From Thermoanaerobaculales bacterium (lineage in GTDB: Bacteria; Acidobacteriota; Thermoanaerobaculia; Thermoanaerobaculales; Sulfomarinibacteraceae), in NCBI GenBank assembly GCA_025456385.1, contig JALOKS010000006.1, forward strand, positions 1 to 37,053: a stretch of DNA of 37,053 bases, in the 5' to 3' direction. Each line of letters begins with the position of its first letter. Positions within the stretch are counted from its first letter, which is position 1. This document shows, piece by piece, positions 10,206 to 18,737 of this stretch. The notes under the pieces were generated by a model, which made no database searches, was not told the origin of the DNA, and saw nothing but the letters and a program-made list of their open reading frames with translations. The translations under genes and the position numbers were made by a program.

Positions 10206-11021
10206 ATGGCGCGCGGTCAACGGGAGCTCGTCGCGCTCGCCGCGATTCCCGCCCTGGCGGCGATCGTCATCTTCCTGCCGCCGTGGGTCTTCCTGGCGGT
10301 GCTCGCGGCCGCGGTGGCGGTGGCCTGCGACGAGCTCCTGGCCATGGCGCGCGGCGCCGGCTTCATCACGGGCCGCTGGCTGCAGGTCGCATCCCTGCTC
10401 GCGCTCCTCGCGGCGTCCTGGACCCGCGGCGTCGGCGGCCTGGCGGTCGCGGTCATCGCCGTCGTCGTCGTCCTGCCGACCCTTCGCCTCGCCGACCCGC
10501 GCGCGCCGCAGGGGGCGCTCGGGGGCATCGCCGTCGAGGTCCTCGCCATCGTCTACCTCGGCGCGACGGCGGCCTGCCTCGGCTGGCTGCTGCTGTGGCC
10601 CGCACCGCCGCAGGGCCTCAAGCTCCTGTTCTTCTACCTCGCCTGCATCTGGATCGGCGACTCGGGCGCCTACTACCTGGGCCGCTCGCTCGGACGGCAC
10701 AAGATGTCGCCCCGGATCAGCCCCAACAAGACCCTGGAGGGGCTCGCCGGCGGCGTCACGGTGACCTTCGTCGCCGCCTGGCTGGCGGCGTGGGTGCTGC
10801 AGCTCGAGCTCGCCGCCGTCCACGTGTGGGCGCTCGCCGCCATCCTCGCGGTCGCCACCCCGCTCGGCGACCTCATCGAGTCCCTCTTCAAGCGCGACAC
10901 GGGCGTCAAGGACTCGTCGTCCCTGCTGCCGGGGCACGGCGGTCTCCTCGACCGCACCGACAGCCTGCTCTACCCGGCGCCCCTGGTCGTCGCCTACCTG
11001 GCGCTCTGCGGGCTCCTGTGA
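10206..11021 (+). CDS. cdsA: Phosphatidate cytidylyltransferase
   Basis: Multi-TM protein; ISPNKTLEG, GDLIESLFKRDTGVKDSSSLLPGHGGLLDRTDS. Confidence 0.96.
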   Translation: MARGQRELVALAAIPALAAIVIFLPPWVFLAVLAAAVAVACDELLAMARGAGFITGRWLQVASLLALLAASWTRGVGGLAVAVIAVVVVLPTLRLADPRAPQGALGGIAVEVLAIVYLGATAACLGWLLLWPAPPQGLKLLFFYLACIWIGDSGAYYLGRSLGRHKMSPRISPNKTLEGLAGGVTVTFVAAWLAAWVLQLELAAVHVWALAAILAVATPLGDLIESLFKRDTGVKDSSSLLPGHGGLLDRTDSLLYPAPLVVAYLALCGLL

Positions 11022-11127
11022 TCGACGCCGACGACCCCGCCCGCAGCCCAGCTCCCGCACCGCGCGCCGAGCCTGGGCGGCGCGACGCCGGGAATGGCGG
11101 CATGCCGGCCGCCGGTTCGGACGAGCG

Positions 11128-12477
11128 ATGCTGACTCTCATCGCCTTCGTCTTCGTGATCGGGGTGCTGATCACCATCCACGAGGCCGGCCACTTCGTGG
11201 TCGCGCGGTTGCTCGGCGCACCCGTCGAGGTCTTCTCGATCGGTTTCGGCAAGCGGCTGTGGGGCTTCCAGCGCGGCGGCACCGACTACCGGATCTCGTT
11301 GATCCCGCTCGGCGGCTACGTGCGCATCATCGGCCTCGGGCCGGACGAATCGGACGTGGTCGCGGGCGGCGCGGGTTCCACCGATCTCCTGCCCCGCTGG
11401 CGCCGCGCCCTCATCCTGCTCGCCGGGCCGCTGACGAACATCGCTGCGGCGGTGGGTTTCGTCGCCCTCGCCTTCGCGATCGGTGTCGAGACCGCGGCCT
11501 ACCTCGAGGAGGAGCCGCGGGTCGGCTGGGTCGCCCCGGGCTCGGCGGCCGAGGCGGCCGGCATCCGCGAGGGCGACCTCGTGCGGGCCGTCGCCGGTGA
11601 TGCCGTCGCGGCGTGGCGTGACCTCGAGATCGCCCTGCTGACCGCCGGCAGCGGCGAGCTCTCGCTGACGATCGAGCGCGCGGGAGAGACGCTCGAGACG
11701 CCGATCGTCCTCGCCGAGGCCGGGGCGCTCGGCGTCGCCGACTCAGGCATCGAGCCGCGCCTCGCGGCGATCGTGCAGCCGGTGGCCAACGGGCCGGCGG
11801 CGCGGGCCGGCATCGAGGCCGGCGACCGCGTGCTGTCGATCCGGCGCACCCCGGTCGAGGACCACGAGCCGATGCCGGTCGCCCAGTACTACGACCTGCC
11901 CCGCCTCATCGAGCCGCTGCCGGCGACCGAGATCGTGGTCGAGGTGCTCCGCGACGGTGCGACCCGGTCCTTCACCGTGACCACCCGCAACGAGGGGGGC
12001 ACGGGCAAGATCGGCGTCGGCGCGGTGTTCCCCACCGTGACCCTCAAGCTCGCGCCGGGGGCGGCGCTGGAAGCTGGATTCTCCGAGTGCCGTCGGATGA
12101 CCCACCAGACCTTCCGGGTCATCGGCCAGCTGCTGACCGGCCGCACCTCGATCCGCCAGATGTCGGGCCCCGTGGGCATCGCCCAGATCTCCGGCGAGGC
12201 CGCCCGCAGCGGGCTGCAGTCTCTGATCATGTTCATGGGCGTCATCTCGCTGCAGCTCGGCATCTTCAACCTGCTGCCGATCCCGATTCTCGACGGCGGC
12301 CACCTGACGATCATCGCCTTCGAGACCGTCATCCGCCGTGATCTCCCGCAGCGGGTCAAGGAGCGGATCCTCGAGGTCGGCTTCTACCTTCTGATCCTCC
12401 TCATGATCGTCGTCACCTTCAACGACATCGTCGGCCGCCTTCCCGAGAGCGTCCGCCAGTTCTTCTTCCGTGGCTGA
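11128..12477 (+). CDS. rseP: RIP metalloprotease RseP with two PDZ domains
   Basis: HEAGH zinc motif, FSIGFG, PLGGYVRI, NLLPIPILDGGH. Confidence 0.96.
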   Translation: MLTLIAFVFVIGVLITIHEAGHFVVARLLGAPVEVFSIGFGKRLWGFQRGGTDYRISLIPLGGYVRIIGLGPDESDVVAGGAGSTDLLPRWRRALILLAGPLTNIAAAVGFVALAFAIGVETAAYLEEEPRVGWVAPGSAAEAAGIREGDLVRAVAGDAVAAWRDLEIALLTAGSGELSLTIERAGETLETPIVLAEAGALGVADSGIEPRLAAIVQPVANGPAARAGIEAGDRVLSIRRTPVEDHEPMPVAQYYDLPRLIEPLPATEIVVEVLRDGATRSFTVTTRNEGGTGKIGVGAVFPTVTLKLAPGAALEAGFSECRRMTHQTFRVIGQLLTGRTSIRQMSGPVGIAQISGEAARSGLQSLIMFMGVISLQLGIFNLLPIPILDGGHLTIIAFETVIRRDLPQRVKERILEVGFYLLILLMIVVTFNDIVGRLPESVRQFFFRG

Positions 12478-12510
12478 GCCGGCGCGACCGACGTGCTAAG
12501 GTTTGCGCCG

Positions 12511-13212
12511 ATGGCCCGACGTGCCCTGGCAGTGGTCGTCTTCGTGGCCTGCGCCGGCACGGTGTTCTGGTTCTCGCTCGTCCACACCGTGCACCGCGGG
12601 ACGCTGGCCGTTCCCGACCTCGGGGGGCAATCTGTCGCCAGCGCCCGGGAGCGCGCGCACGACCTCGGGCTCGAGATCGCGGTCGAGGAGCCCGGGGTGT
12701 TCTCGGTCGCGGTCGAGCCCGGCGCGATCGCCGCTCAGGAGCCGGCGCCGGGCTTCCACGTCAAGGCCGGTTCCACCGTCACGGTTCGAGTGAGCCTCGG
12801 GGGCGAGCGCATCGCGGTCCCCGAGGTCAGGGGCGGCTCGCTGGCCAGCGCCGAGCGCGAGATCGAGCGGGTCGGCCTCGCGATCGGGCGACGCGCGCGG
12901 GTGGAGGCGCAGGGTGCGGCCGACCGCGTGGTCGCCACCGGGCCGCCGGTCGGCCGCCTGCTGGCGCCACAGTCCAGGGTCGACATCCTGGTCAACGCCG
13001 CACCGGCGGCGGAGACCTGGGTCATGCCGTCGCTGGTGTCGCAGCCCCTGGCCTCGGCGGAGAGGCTGTGCCGCGTCAACCGCCTGCGGCTCGGGCAGGC
13101 CCGCGAGGTCGACTATCCGGGGCTGGCGGCCGGGGTCGTCCTCCGCCAGTACCCGCCGGCCGGCTCGCCGGTCGCGGCCTCCGATATCATCACCGTGTGG
13201 GTGAGCCGATGA
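12511..13212 (+). CDS. Membrane-anchored protein with three PASTA domains
   Basis: N-terminal TM helix; three repeats beginning VPDL/VPEV/MPSL and ending in Q.P.G..V-like motifs; precedes rpe. Confidence 0.85.
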   Translation: MARRALAVVVFVACAGTVFWFSLVHTVHRGTLAVPDLGGQSVASARERAHDLGLEIAVEEPGVFSVAVEPGAIAAQEPAPGFHVKAGSTVTVRVSLGGERIAVPEVRGGSLASAEREIERVGLAIGRRARVEAQGAADRVVATGPPVGRLLAPQSRVDILVNAAPAAETWVMPSLVSQPLASAERLCRVNRLRLGQAREVDYPGLAAGVVLRQYPPAGSPVAASDIITVWVSR

Positions 13213-13874
13213 CCGTCCGCCTCGCGCCTTCCCTGCTGGCAGCCGACTTCTCCTGCCTGCGGTCGGAGATCGCGGAGGTGCAGGGGCTGGGGGTCGAGCT
13301 CCTCCACCTCGACATCATGGACGGGCACTTCGTCCCCAACCTCAGCTTCGGACCGCCGGTGGTGGCGCCGCTGCTCCCGCACTGTCGGGTTCCGCTCGAT
13401 GCCCACCTCATGGTCTCCGACCCCGACCCGCTGGTCGCCGAGCTCGGCGCGCTGGGAGTGGCCCGGATCGCGGTCCACGTTGAGACCTGCCCACACCTCC
13501 AGCGCAGCCTCGCCGGAGTGCGCGCCGCGGGCGCCTCCCCCGGGATCGCCATCAACCCGGCGACGGCGCTGGTCCTGCTCGAGGACGCCCTGGCGTGGGC
13601 CGACTTCGTGCTCGTCATGTCCGTCAACCCGGGCTTCGGCGGGCAGCCCTTCATCCCCGAGAGCATCGAGCGGGTCCGGCGCCTGCGGCGCATGGCCGTG
13701 GGCCGCACCCTCGACATCGCCGTCGACGGCGGCGTCGACCGCTCGAACGCCGGCGAGCTCGCGGCCGCCGGTGCGACCACCCTGATCGCCGGCTCGTCGG
13801 TGTTCGGCACCACCGACCGCCCAGGGGCCGTCGCCGCCCTGCGGCGCGCGATCGCCGAAGGAGTAGCCCGATGA
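13209..13874 (+). CDS. rpe: Ribulose-phosphate 3-epimerase
   Basis: APSLLAADF, HLDIMDGHFVPNLSFG, MSVNPGFGGQ, VDGG. Confidence 0.97.
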   Translation: MTVRLAPSLLAADFSCLRSEIAEVQGLGVELLHLDIMDGHFVPNLSFGPPVVAPLLPHCRVPLDAHLMVSDPDPLVAELGALGVARIAVHVETCPHLQRSLAGVRAAGASPGIAINPATALVLLEDALAWADFVLVMSVNPGFGGQPFIPESIERVRRLRRMAVGRTLDIAVDGGVDRSNAGELAAAGATTLIAGSSVFGTTDRPGAVAALRRAIAEGVAR

Positions 13875-14608
13875 CGTATCCGAGACGCGTGCCGACGGTC
13901 GTGCTCGCGGCCCTTCTGATGACGGCCGCCTGCGCGAGCGGCAAGCGCGAGAGCGACCTCCTCGACCAGCTGGCGAACCTGGACAAGGAAACGATCTTCG
14001 AGCAGGCCGAGGCCCTGTACCAGGAGAAGGAGTACGCCCGGTCGCGCGACCTCTTCGGCTTCGTCTACGACACCTTCCCGAACGACCCCCTGGGTCACAA
14101 GGCGGCCCTGCGGGTCGCCGACACCTACGCGATCAAGAGGGACGTCGGCAACCTGACCGAGGCGCGCCTCCGCTACCGCGACTTCGCCAACCGCTACCCG
14201 AACGACCCCGACCGCGACTACGCGCTGTTCATGGTCGGTCAGACCTACTCGGCCCGCAGGCTGCGCCCCGACCGCGACCTCAGCGACATCGGCGAGGCCC
14301 TCGCCGCCTACCAGCAGCTGATCGCCCTCTACCCGAACTCGACGCACCTCGCCGAGGCCGAGGCGCAGGTGCAGGAGCTGCGCGAGCTGCTCGCCGAACA
14401 TGACTGGCTTGTCGCCGACTTTTATCGCAAGAATAGGTTCTACCAAGGGGCTCTGTGGCGCCTTGAATATATCGTGGAAAACTACCCGAATTACTCGAAA
14501 ATCGAGCTTGTCAACTCGCGGATTAGCGAGCTGCAAACCTTGATTCAAGAGCGCGAAGCAGCGTGGAAAAAGCGGCTCGAAGAGCTGCAGAAACAGCCTG
14601 AGGATTGA
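13871..14608 (+). CDS. bamD: Outer membrane protein assembly lipoprotein BamD
   Basis: Lipobox-like MTAAC, TPR helices, F..RYP, DRDLS, LAEHDWLVADFYRK. Confidence 0.88.
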   Translation: MTYPRRVPTVVLAALLMTAACASGKRESDLLDQLANLDKETIFEQAEALYQEKEYARSRDLFGFVYDTFPNDPLGHKAALRVADTYAIKRDVGNLTEARLRYRDFANRYPNDPDRDYALFMVGQTYSARRLRPDRDLSDIGEALAAYQQLIALYPNSTHLAEAEAQVQELRELLAEHDWLVADFYRKNRFYQGALWRLEYIVENYPNYSKIELVNSRISELQTLIQEREAAWKKRLEELQKQPED

Positions 14609-14667
14609 CGGATCGGCGGGCGCTGGGTTAACCTGAAGTCGTGGTATCTACAGCGGGGAGAGGGCTT

Positions 14668-15759
14668 ATGAGCGCCACGATTCGGATCGCCATCATCGCC
14701 GTTCTGCTTCCTCTGGCGGTCGCGGCTCAGTCGGTGGCACCGCCTCCGAGGCCGCTGCACCTCGTCAACGACCACTGGACGCCTTACGATCCGCCCTCCG
14801 AGTTTCCCGAGAACGCCGTGGTCCACACCATCGTCAAGGGCGACACCCTGTGGGACCTCGCGGCCCACTACCTCGGCGACCCCTTCCTGTGGCCGCAGAT
14901 CTGGGAGCGCAACCCCTACATCAAGGACTCGCACTGGATCTACCCCGGCGACCCCCTGGTCATCGACCTCGCGGTGCAGGAGGCGGCGCCGGTCGCGGAG
15001 GCGGTCCCGGCGGCTGAGGAGCCGGTCCCGGAGCCCGTCCCTGATGCCGGTGTCGGGGCCGTGGAGGAAGCGCCACATCCGCTCGGCAGCTCGGCCGACG
15101 TCTACTGCTTCGCCGAGCTCGTCCAGGACGAGGGCGTCTTCTCGCGCACGATCAGCTCGGCGGAGCGCATCACTTTCCAGGACCAGTACTCGGAAGGCGA
15201 CATCGTCTACGTCGACGGCGGCGCCGCGCAGGGCATGCAGGCGGGGGACCGCTTCTTCATCCTCCACCGCATCCGCCCGCTCGCCCACCCGGTGTCGGGT
15301 TCCAGGCTCGGCGTGGTCTACAGCCAGGTCGGCCAGCTCAAGATCCTGTGCGCGCAGGAGAACACGTCGATCGCCGAGATCACGATGGCCTGTGACCCGG
15401 TCTCGATCGGGGACGTGCTGAAGCCCTTCTCGCCGATTCCGGTGCCGCTGGTGATCAGCCCCGACCCGGCCGACCGCTGCGACCTGCCCAACGGCAAGCC
15501 GCTCGGCTACCTCACCTACAACCGGGACGACCAGATCGACATCGGCACCCACTGGCTGGTGTTCCTCGACCTCGGCGCCGCCGACGGCGTCTATCCGGGC
15601 ACCTTCGTCACCGTGTTCCGCGACAACCCGGTGGTGGGGATGCCGCGGCTGGTGATGGGCGAGGCGGGCGTGCTGCGCACCGACGAGACCTACTCGACCG
15701 CCATCATCACCCGCGCCTGGGCGCCGCTCGCCATCGGCGACCGCATCGAGATCAAGTAG
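14668..15759 (+). CDS. LysM peptidoglycan-binding domain protein
   Basis: Signal peptide; HTIVKGDTLWDLAAHYLGDPFLWPQIWERNPYIKDSHWIYPGD; GGAG SD upstream. Confidence 0.9.
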   Translation: MSATIRIAIIAVLLPLAVAAQSVAPPPRPLHLVNDHWTPYDPPSEFPENAVVHTIVKGDTLWDLAAHYLGDPFLWPQIWERNPYIKDSHWIYPGDPLVIDLAVQEAAPVAEAVPAAEEPVPEPVPDAGVGAVEEAPHPLGSSADVYCFAELVQDEGVFSRTISSAERITFQDQYSEGDIVYVDGGAAQGMQAGDRFFILHRIRPLAHPVSGSRLGVVYSQVGQLKILCAQENTSIAEITMACDPVSIGDVLKPFSPIPVPLVISPDPADRCDLPNGKPLGYLTYNRDDQIDIGTHWLVFLDLGAADGVYPGTFVTVFRDNPVVGMPRLVMGEAGVLRTDETYSTAIITRAWAPLAIGDRIEIK

Positions 15760-15779
15760 CCCGCGCTCCCGACACGTCC

Positions 15780-15806
15780 GGGGCCCCGCGTGCGGGGCCC
15801 CTTTTT
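15780..15806 (+). terminator. Rho-independent terminator after the LysM gene
   Basis: GGGGCCCCGC-GT-GCGGGGCCCC inverted repeat followed by TTTTT. Confidence 0.85.
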
Positions 15807-15820
15807 GTTATGCTCGCGGC

Positions 15821-16291
15821 GTGCTCCCGGGCTGGGTCTTCGACGACGCCGATCGCGCTTTCATGGCGCTCGCCTTGGCAGAGGCGGAGGCAGCTGCGGT
15901 GCGCAGCGAGGTGCCCGTCGGGGCGGTGGTCGTTCGCGACGGCGAGCTCGTGGCCCGCGCCGGCAACCGGCGGGTCGAGCTCGGCGACCCGACCGCTCAT
16001 GCCGAGCTGCTGGTGGTCGCCGCGGCCGGCCGTCGTCTCGGCGACTGGCGGCTCGCGGGCTGCACGCTGTACGTCACCCTGGAGCCCTGCCCGATGTGCA
16101 CCGCGGCCTGCCGTCAGGCGCGTCTCGGGCTCGTCGTGTGGGGTGCCGCGGACCCGCAGCTCGGCGCCTGCGGCTCGGTGCTGGACCTCGCCGGCGACCC
16201 CCGCCTCGGCCCACCCCTCGCCCAGCGCGGCGGGCTCGAGGCCGAGGCCTGCGCCGCCCTCGTGCGCGGCTTCTTTGCCAAACGGCGCTGA
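15821..16291 (+). CDS. tadA: tRNA adenosine(34) deaminase
   Basis: EVPVGAVVV, DPTAHAE, LYVTLEPCPMC; next to tRNA-Ser and ffs. Confidence 0.93.
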   Translation: MLPGWVFDDADRAFMALALAEAEAAAVRSEVPVGAVVVRDGELVARAGNRRVELGDPTAHAELLVVAAAGRRLGDWRLAGCTLYVTLEPCPMCTAACRQARLGLVVWGAADPQLGACGSVLDLAGDPRLGPPLAQRGGLEAEACAALVRGFFAKRR

Positions 16292-16303
16292 GCGTCGTAG
16301 AAT
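16275..16303 (+). promoter_or_regulatory. Sigma70-type promoter for the tRNA-Ser/ffs cluster
   Basis: TTGCCA-17 nt-TAGAAT, ending 13 nt before the first tRNA. Confidence 0.7.
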
Positions 16304-16316
16304 ACAGGGTCCGCGC

Positions 16317-16406
16317 GGAGAGGTGCCGGAGTGGTCGATCGGGGCGGTCTCGAAAACCGTTGACCTTTCACGAGGTCCGAGGGTTCGAATCCCTCCCTCT
16401 CCGCCA
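16317..16406 (+). tRNA. tRNA-Ser(CGA)
   Basis: GGAGAGG/CCTCTCC acceptor stem, anticodon arm GCGGT-CTCGAAA-ACCGT, long variable arm, GTTCGAATC T-loop, encoded CCA. Confidence 0.97.
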
Positions 16407-16426
16407 GCTTCCTTGACAACCCGACC

Positions 16427-16516
<90 letters not shown>

Positions 16517-16524
16517 CTGCCACC

Positions 16525-16649
16525 GAGCCCGGCATGGAGCTCGGGCCCTGTGCATCGTCGTCCTCCGAACCGTGTCAGGCCCGGAAGGGAGCAGCACTCA
16601 GGGGGAACGCGACGAGTGCCGCAGGTCGCCTGAGCTCCATGGCGGGCTC
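16525..16649 (+). ncRNA. ffs: Signal recognition particle 4.5S RNA
   Basis: Conserved helix-8 core GTCAGGCCCGGAAGGGAGCAGC; 16525-16546 pairs with 16628-16649; canonical position after tadA/tRNA-Ser. Exact ends uncertain. Confidence 0.92.
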
Positions 16650-16709
16650 GTCCGTCGTCGGCGCCGGCACCCGGGCTCGCGGCCCTGCCCGCTCCCGCAC
16701 CGGCGCATC

Positions 16710-17801
16710 TCAGCCGAAGACGCCCGGGAAGCGCTCCAGAATCGCCGCCGCGGCGGCCGCTGCGCCGTCGTCGGTCGACGGCTCGCGCGGCGCCATCGCC
16801 AGCAGCTCGGCCACCACGGGCAGCCAGCGCCCGGTCGCGAAGGTCTCGCGGTCGAGCTCGCGGGCGTTGAGCCGCGCCTCGACGAAGCTCGCCAGCACCG
16901 GCGACTCCGGAAACTCCGGTCGGCTGAGGTAGGCGAAGGCGACCCCCGTGCGCAGCGCCTCGGCGGTGGTGCTGTAGCCCAGCTTGCCGACCACCGCGTC
17001 GGCGGCCGCCACGAGGTCGGGGTGGTAGTGACGGCCGTGAAAGGGCAGCGTCAGGAGGCGGCCGCGGCGCCCGGCACGCGCGGCGCCGCCCGGAACCACC
17101 GTCCAGGCGCCCGCCGCAGCCAGGCCCCCGAGCGGGCCGTAGTCCCAGGGCACGCCGCCCATGCTCGCGAGCACCACCGGCTGGCCGTCCGGCGGGATGC
17201 CGAGGAGGCGGCGCACGGTCTCCCGCGGCAGACGCGGCCGGCGCGCGATCGGAGGCACCGCCGTCGCACCGGCGACCTCCTCGCAGCAGGGCCGGGCCTG
17301 GACCCGGAGCTCGGCCCGTGCCACGTCCTCCGCCATCTCCCGGCCGAGCCGCTGCAGCGCGCGCGGCGCGCCCGGCAGGCGGTCGTAGATCCAGCCCCAG
17401 GTGAAGCTCTCGACCAGCACCGCGGGCAGCCCGGCGCAGGCGGCGACCCGCAGGCCGAGGGCCGAGATGTCGGCGACGACGAGCGCGCAGCCGAGGGACT
17501 CGAGATGCCGCGCCAGCCGTGCGACGGCCGCCGGGTCGTTCCAGGGCGAGGCCGCCAGGCGCTCGACCGTGGCCGCGGGATCGGCGTCGAGCGGCGAGGT
17601 CTGCACGAGCCCGACGTCGCAGGCCACGCGGTGGTAGCGGAAGGGAGCGGCGAGCGACTCGCTGAAGAACCACCGCGGCACGGTCGTGAAGAGGTGGATC
17701 TCGAGACCGGGGCGACGGTCGGCGAGGGCCTCGAGCACCGCGGCGGCCCGCGCCGCGTGCCCGAAGCCGTGCGGCGAGACGAAGAAGGCGACGGCCACCA
17801 T
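16710..17801 (-). CDS. GT-B fold glycosyltransferase-like protein (resembles the N-terminal domain of plant L-arabinokinase)
   Basis: SPHGFGHAAR, DVGLVQ, VVADI, DLVAAADAVVGKLGYSTTAE, FPES. Confidence 0.75.
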   Translation of the reverse strand: MVAVAFFVSPHGFGHAARAAAVLEALADRRPGLEIHLFTTVPRWFFSESLAAPFRYHRVACDVGLVQTSPLDADPAATVERLAASPWNDPAAVARLARHLESLGCALVVADISALGLRVAACAGLPAVLVESFTWGWIYDRLPGAPRALQRLGREMAEDVARAELRVQARPCCEEVAGATAVPPIARRPRLPRETVRRLLGIPPDGQPVVLASMGGVPWDYGPLGGLAAAGAWTVVPGGAARAGRRGRLLTLPFHGRHYHPDLVAAADAVVGKLGYSTTAEALRTGVAFAYLSRPEFPESPVLASFVEARLNARELDRETFATGRWLPVVAELLAMAPREPSTDDGAAAAAAAILERFPGVFG

Positions 17802-17870
17802 GCCCGCCGAGTGTAGTCCGCTCCCTGCGCGCCGATCCCGGCCCGCCTCGCCCTGTGCTACGATGCGGCC

Positions 17871-18731
17871 GTGCGACGCGCTCTCGTCACGCTGCTCGTG
17901 ATCGTGTCCGTGGCCGGGTTTGCGGACGCGCAGAGTGCGTCGGCCCGTGCCTGGCAACAGCGCCTGCAGCTCGAGATCCCCCTACCGGTCCCGCTGGTTG
18001 CGCTCGAGGCGGTCAACCCGTTCGCGGTCGAGATCGACGAGCCGCCGACACTGCTGCAGTCGACCCTGCCCCGCAAGGTCGACGTCGCGGGCACCGCAGT
18101 GGTCGCGGCCTACGTCGACGCCAAGGGCGAGAGCCTCGGGGGCGTGCCGCTCAGCCTGCCCTTCCCGGGCCTGACCGCGCCCCTCGTGCAGGGGCTGACC
18201 GGCGCGCGCTTCGACGCCGCCGCGGCCGGCCCGGCGCCGCAGGCGTCGTGGGTGCTGCTCGAGATCAACCTCGAGGGACGGGTGAAGGAGGCCTCGGTCC
18301 TCGACCCGGCTCTCGAAGCGCCCGACCCGGCGGCGCCGCCGACCCCGACGCAGCAGTCCGAGATGGCGCCCCCGGGCGCTCTCCGCAACCTCCCTTTCAC
18401 GCCGCAGGCGCAGCTGTCGCGGACCGCAGCCCCCCGGCGCCTGAGCATCAGCGCCCCGGCGCGCGATGACGAGATCCCGGTCCGCGCCCTCGTCCACTTC
18501 ACGGCCGACGGCCGCTGCGACCGCTACGTGCCGCTCGACCTTCCGGCGGGCCTCAACCCCTGGCTGTCGGCCTACCTCGCGAGCTGGCGGGTGCAGCCGG
18601 CGACCCGCGACGGGGCAGCCGTCGACTCGTGGTCGCTGTACTCCGCGAGGCTCGTGCTCAAGCTGTCCGGGCTCGACTCGACCGAGGTCCGCGTCGTCCG
18701 CGACCGCGAGTATCGGCCTGACGCGACGTGA
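17871..18731 (+). CDS. Exported protein with two TonB-C-terminal-like domains
   Basis: Signal peptide; GTAVVAAYVDAKG...ARFDAA...W and ALVHFTADG...WRVQPATRDGAAVDSW, joined by a Pro-rich linker. Confidence 0.65.
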   Translation: MRRALVTLLVIVSVAGFADAQSASARAWQQRLQLEIPLPVPLVALEAVNPFAVEIDEPPTLLQSTLPRKVDVAGTAVVAAYVDAKGESLGGVPLSLPFPGLTAPLVQGLTGARFDAAAAGPAPQASWVLLEINLEGRVKEASVLDPALEAPDPAAPPTPTQQSEMAPPGALRNLPFTPQAQLSRTAAPRRLSISAPARDDEIPVRALVHFTADGRCDRYVPLDLPAGLNPWLSAYLASWRVQPATRDGAAVDSWSLYSARLVLKLSGLDSTEVRVVRDREYRPDAT

Positions 18732-18737
18732 GTCGGC

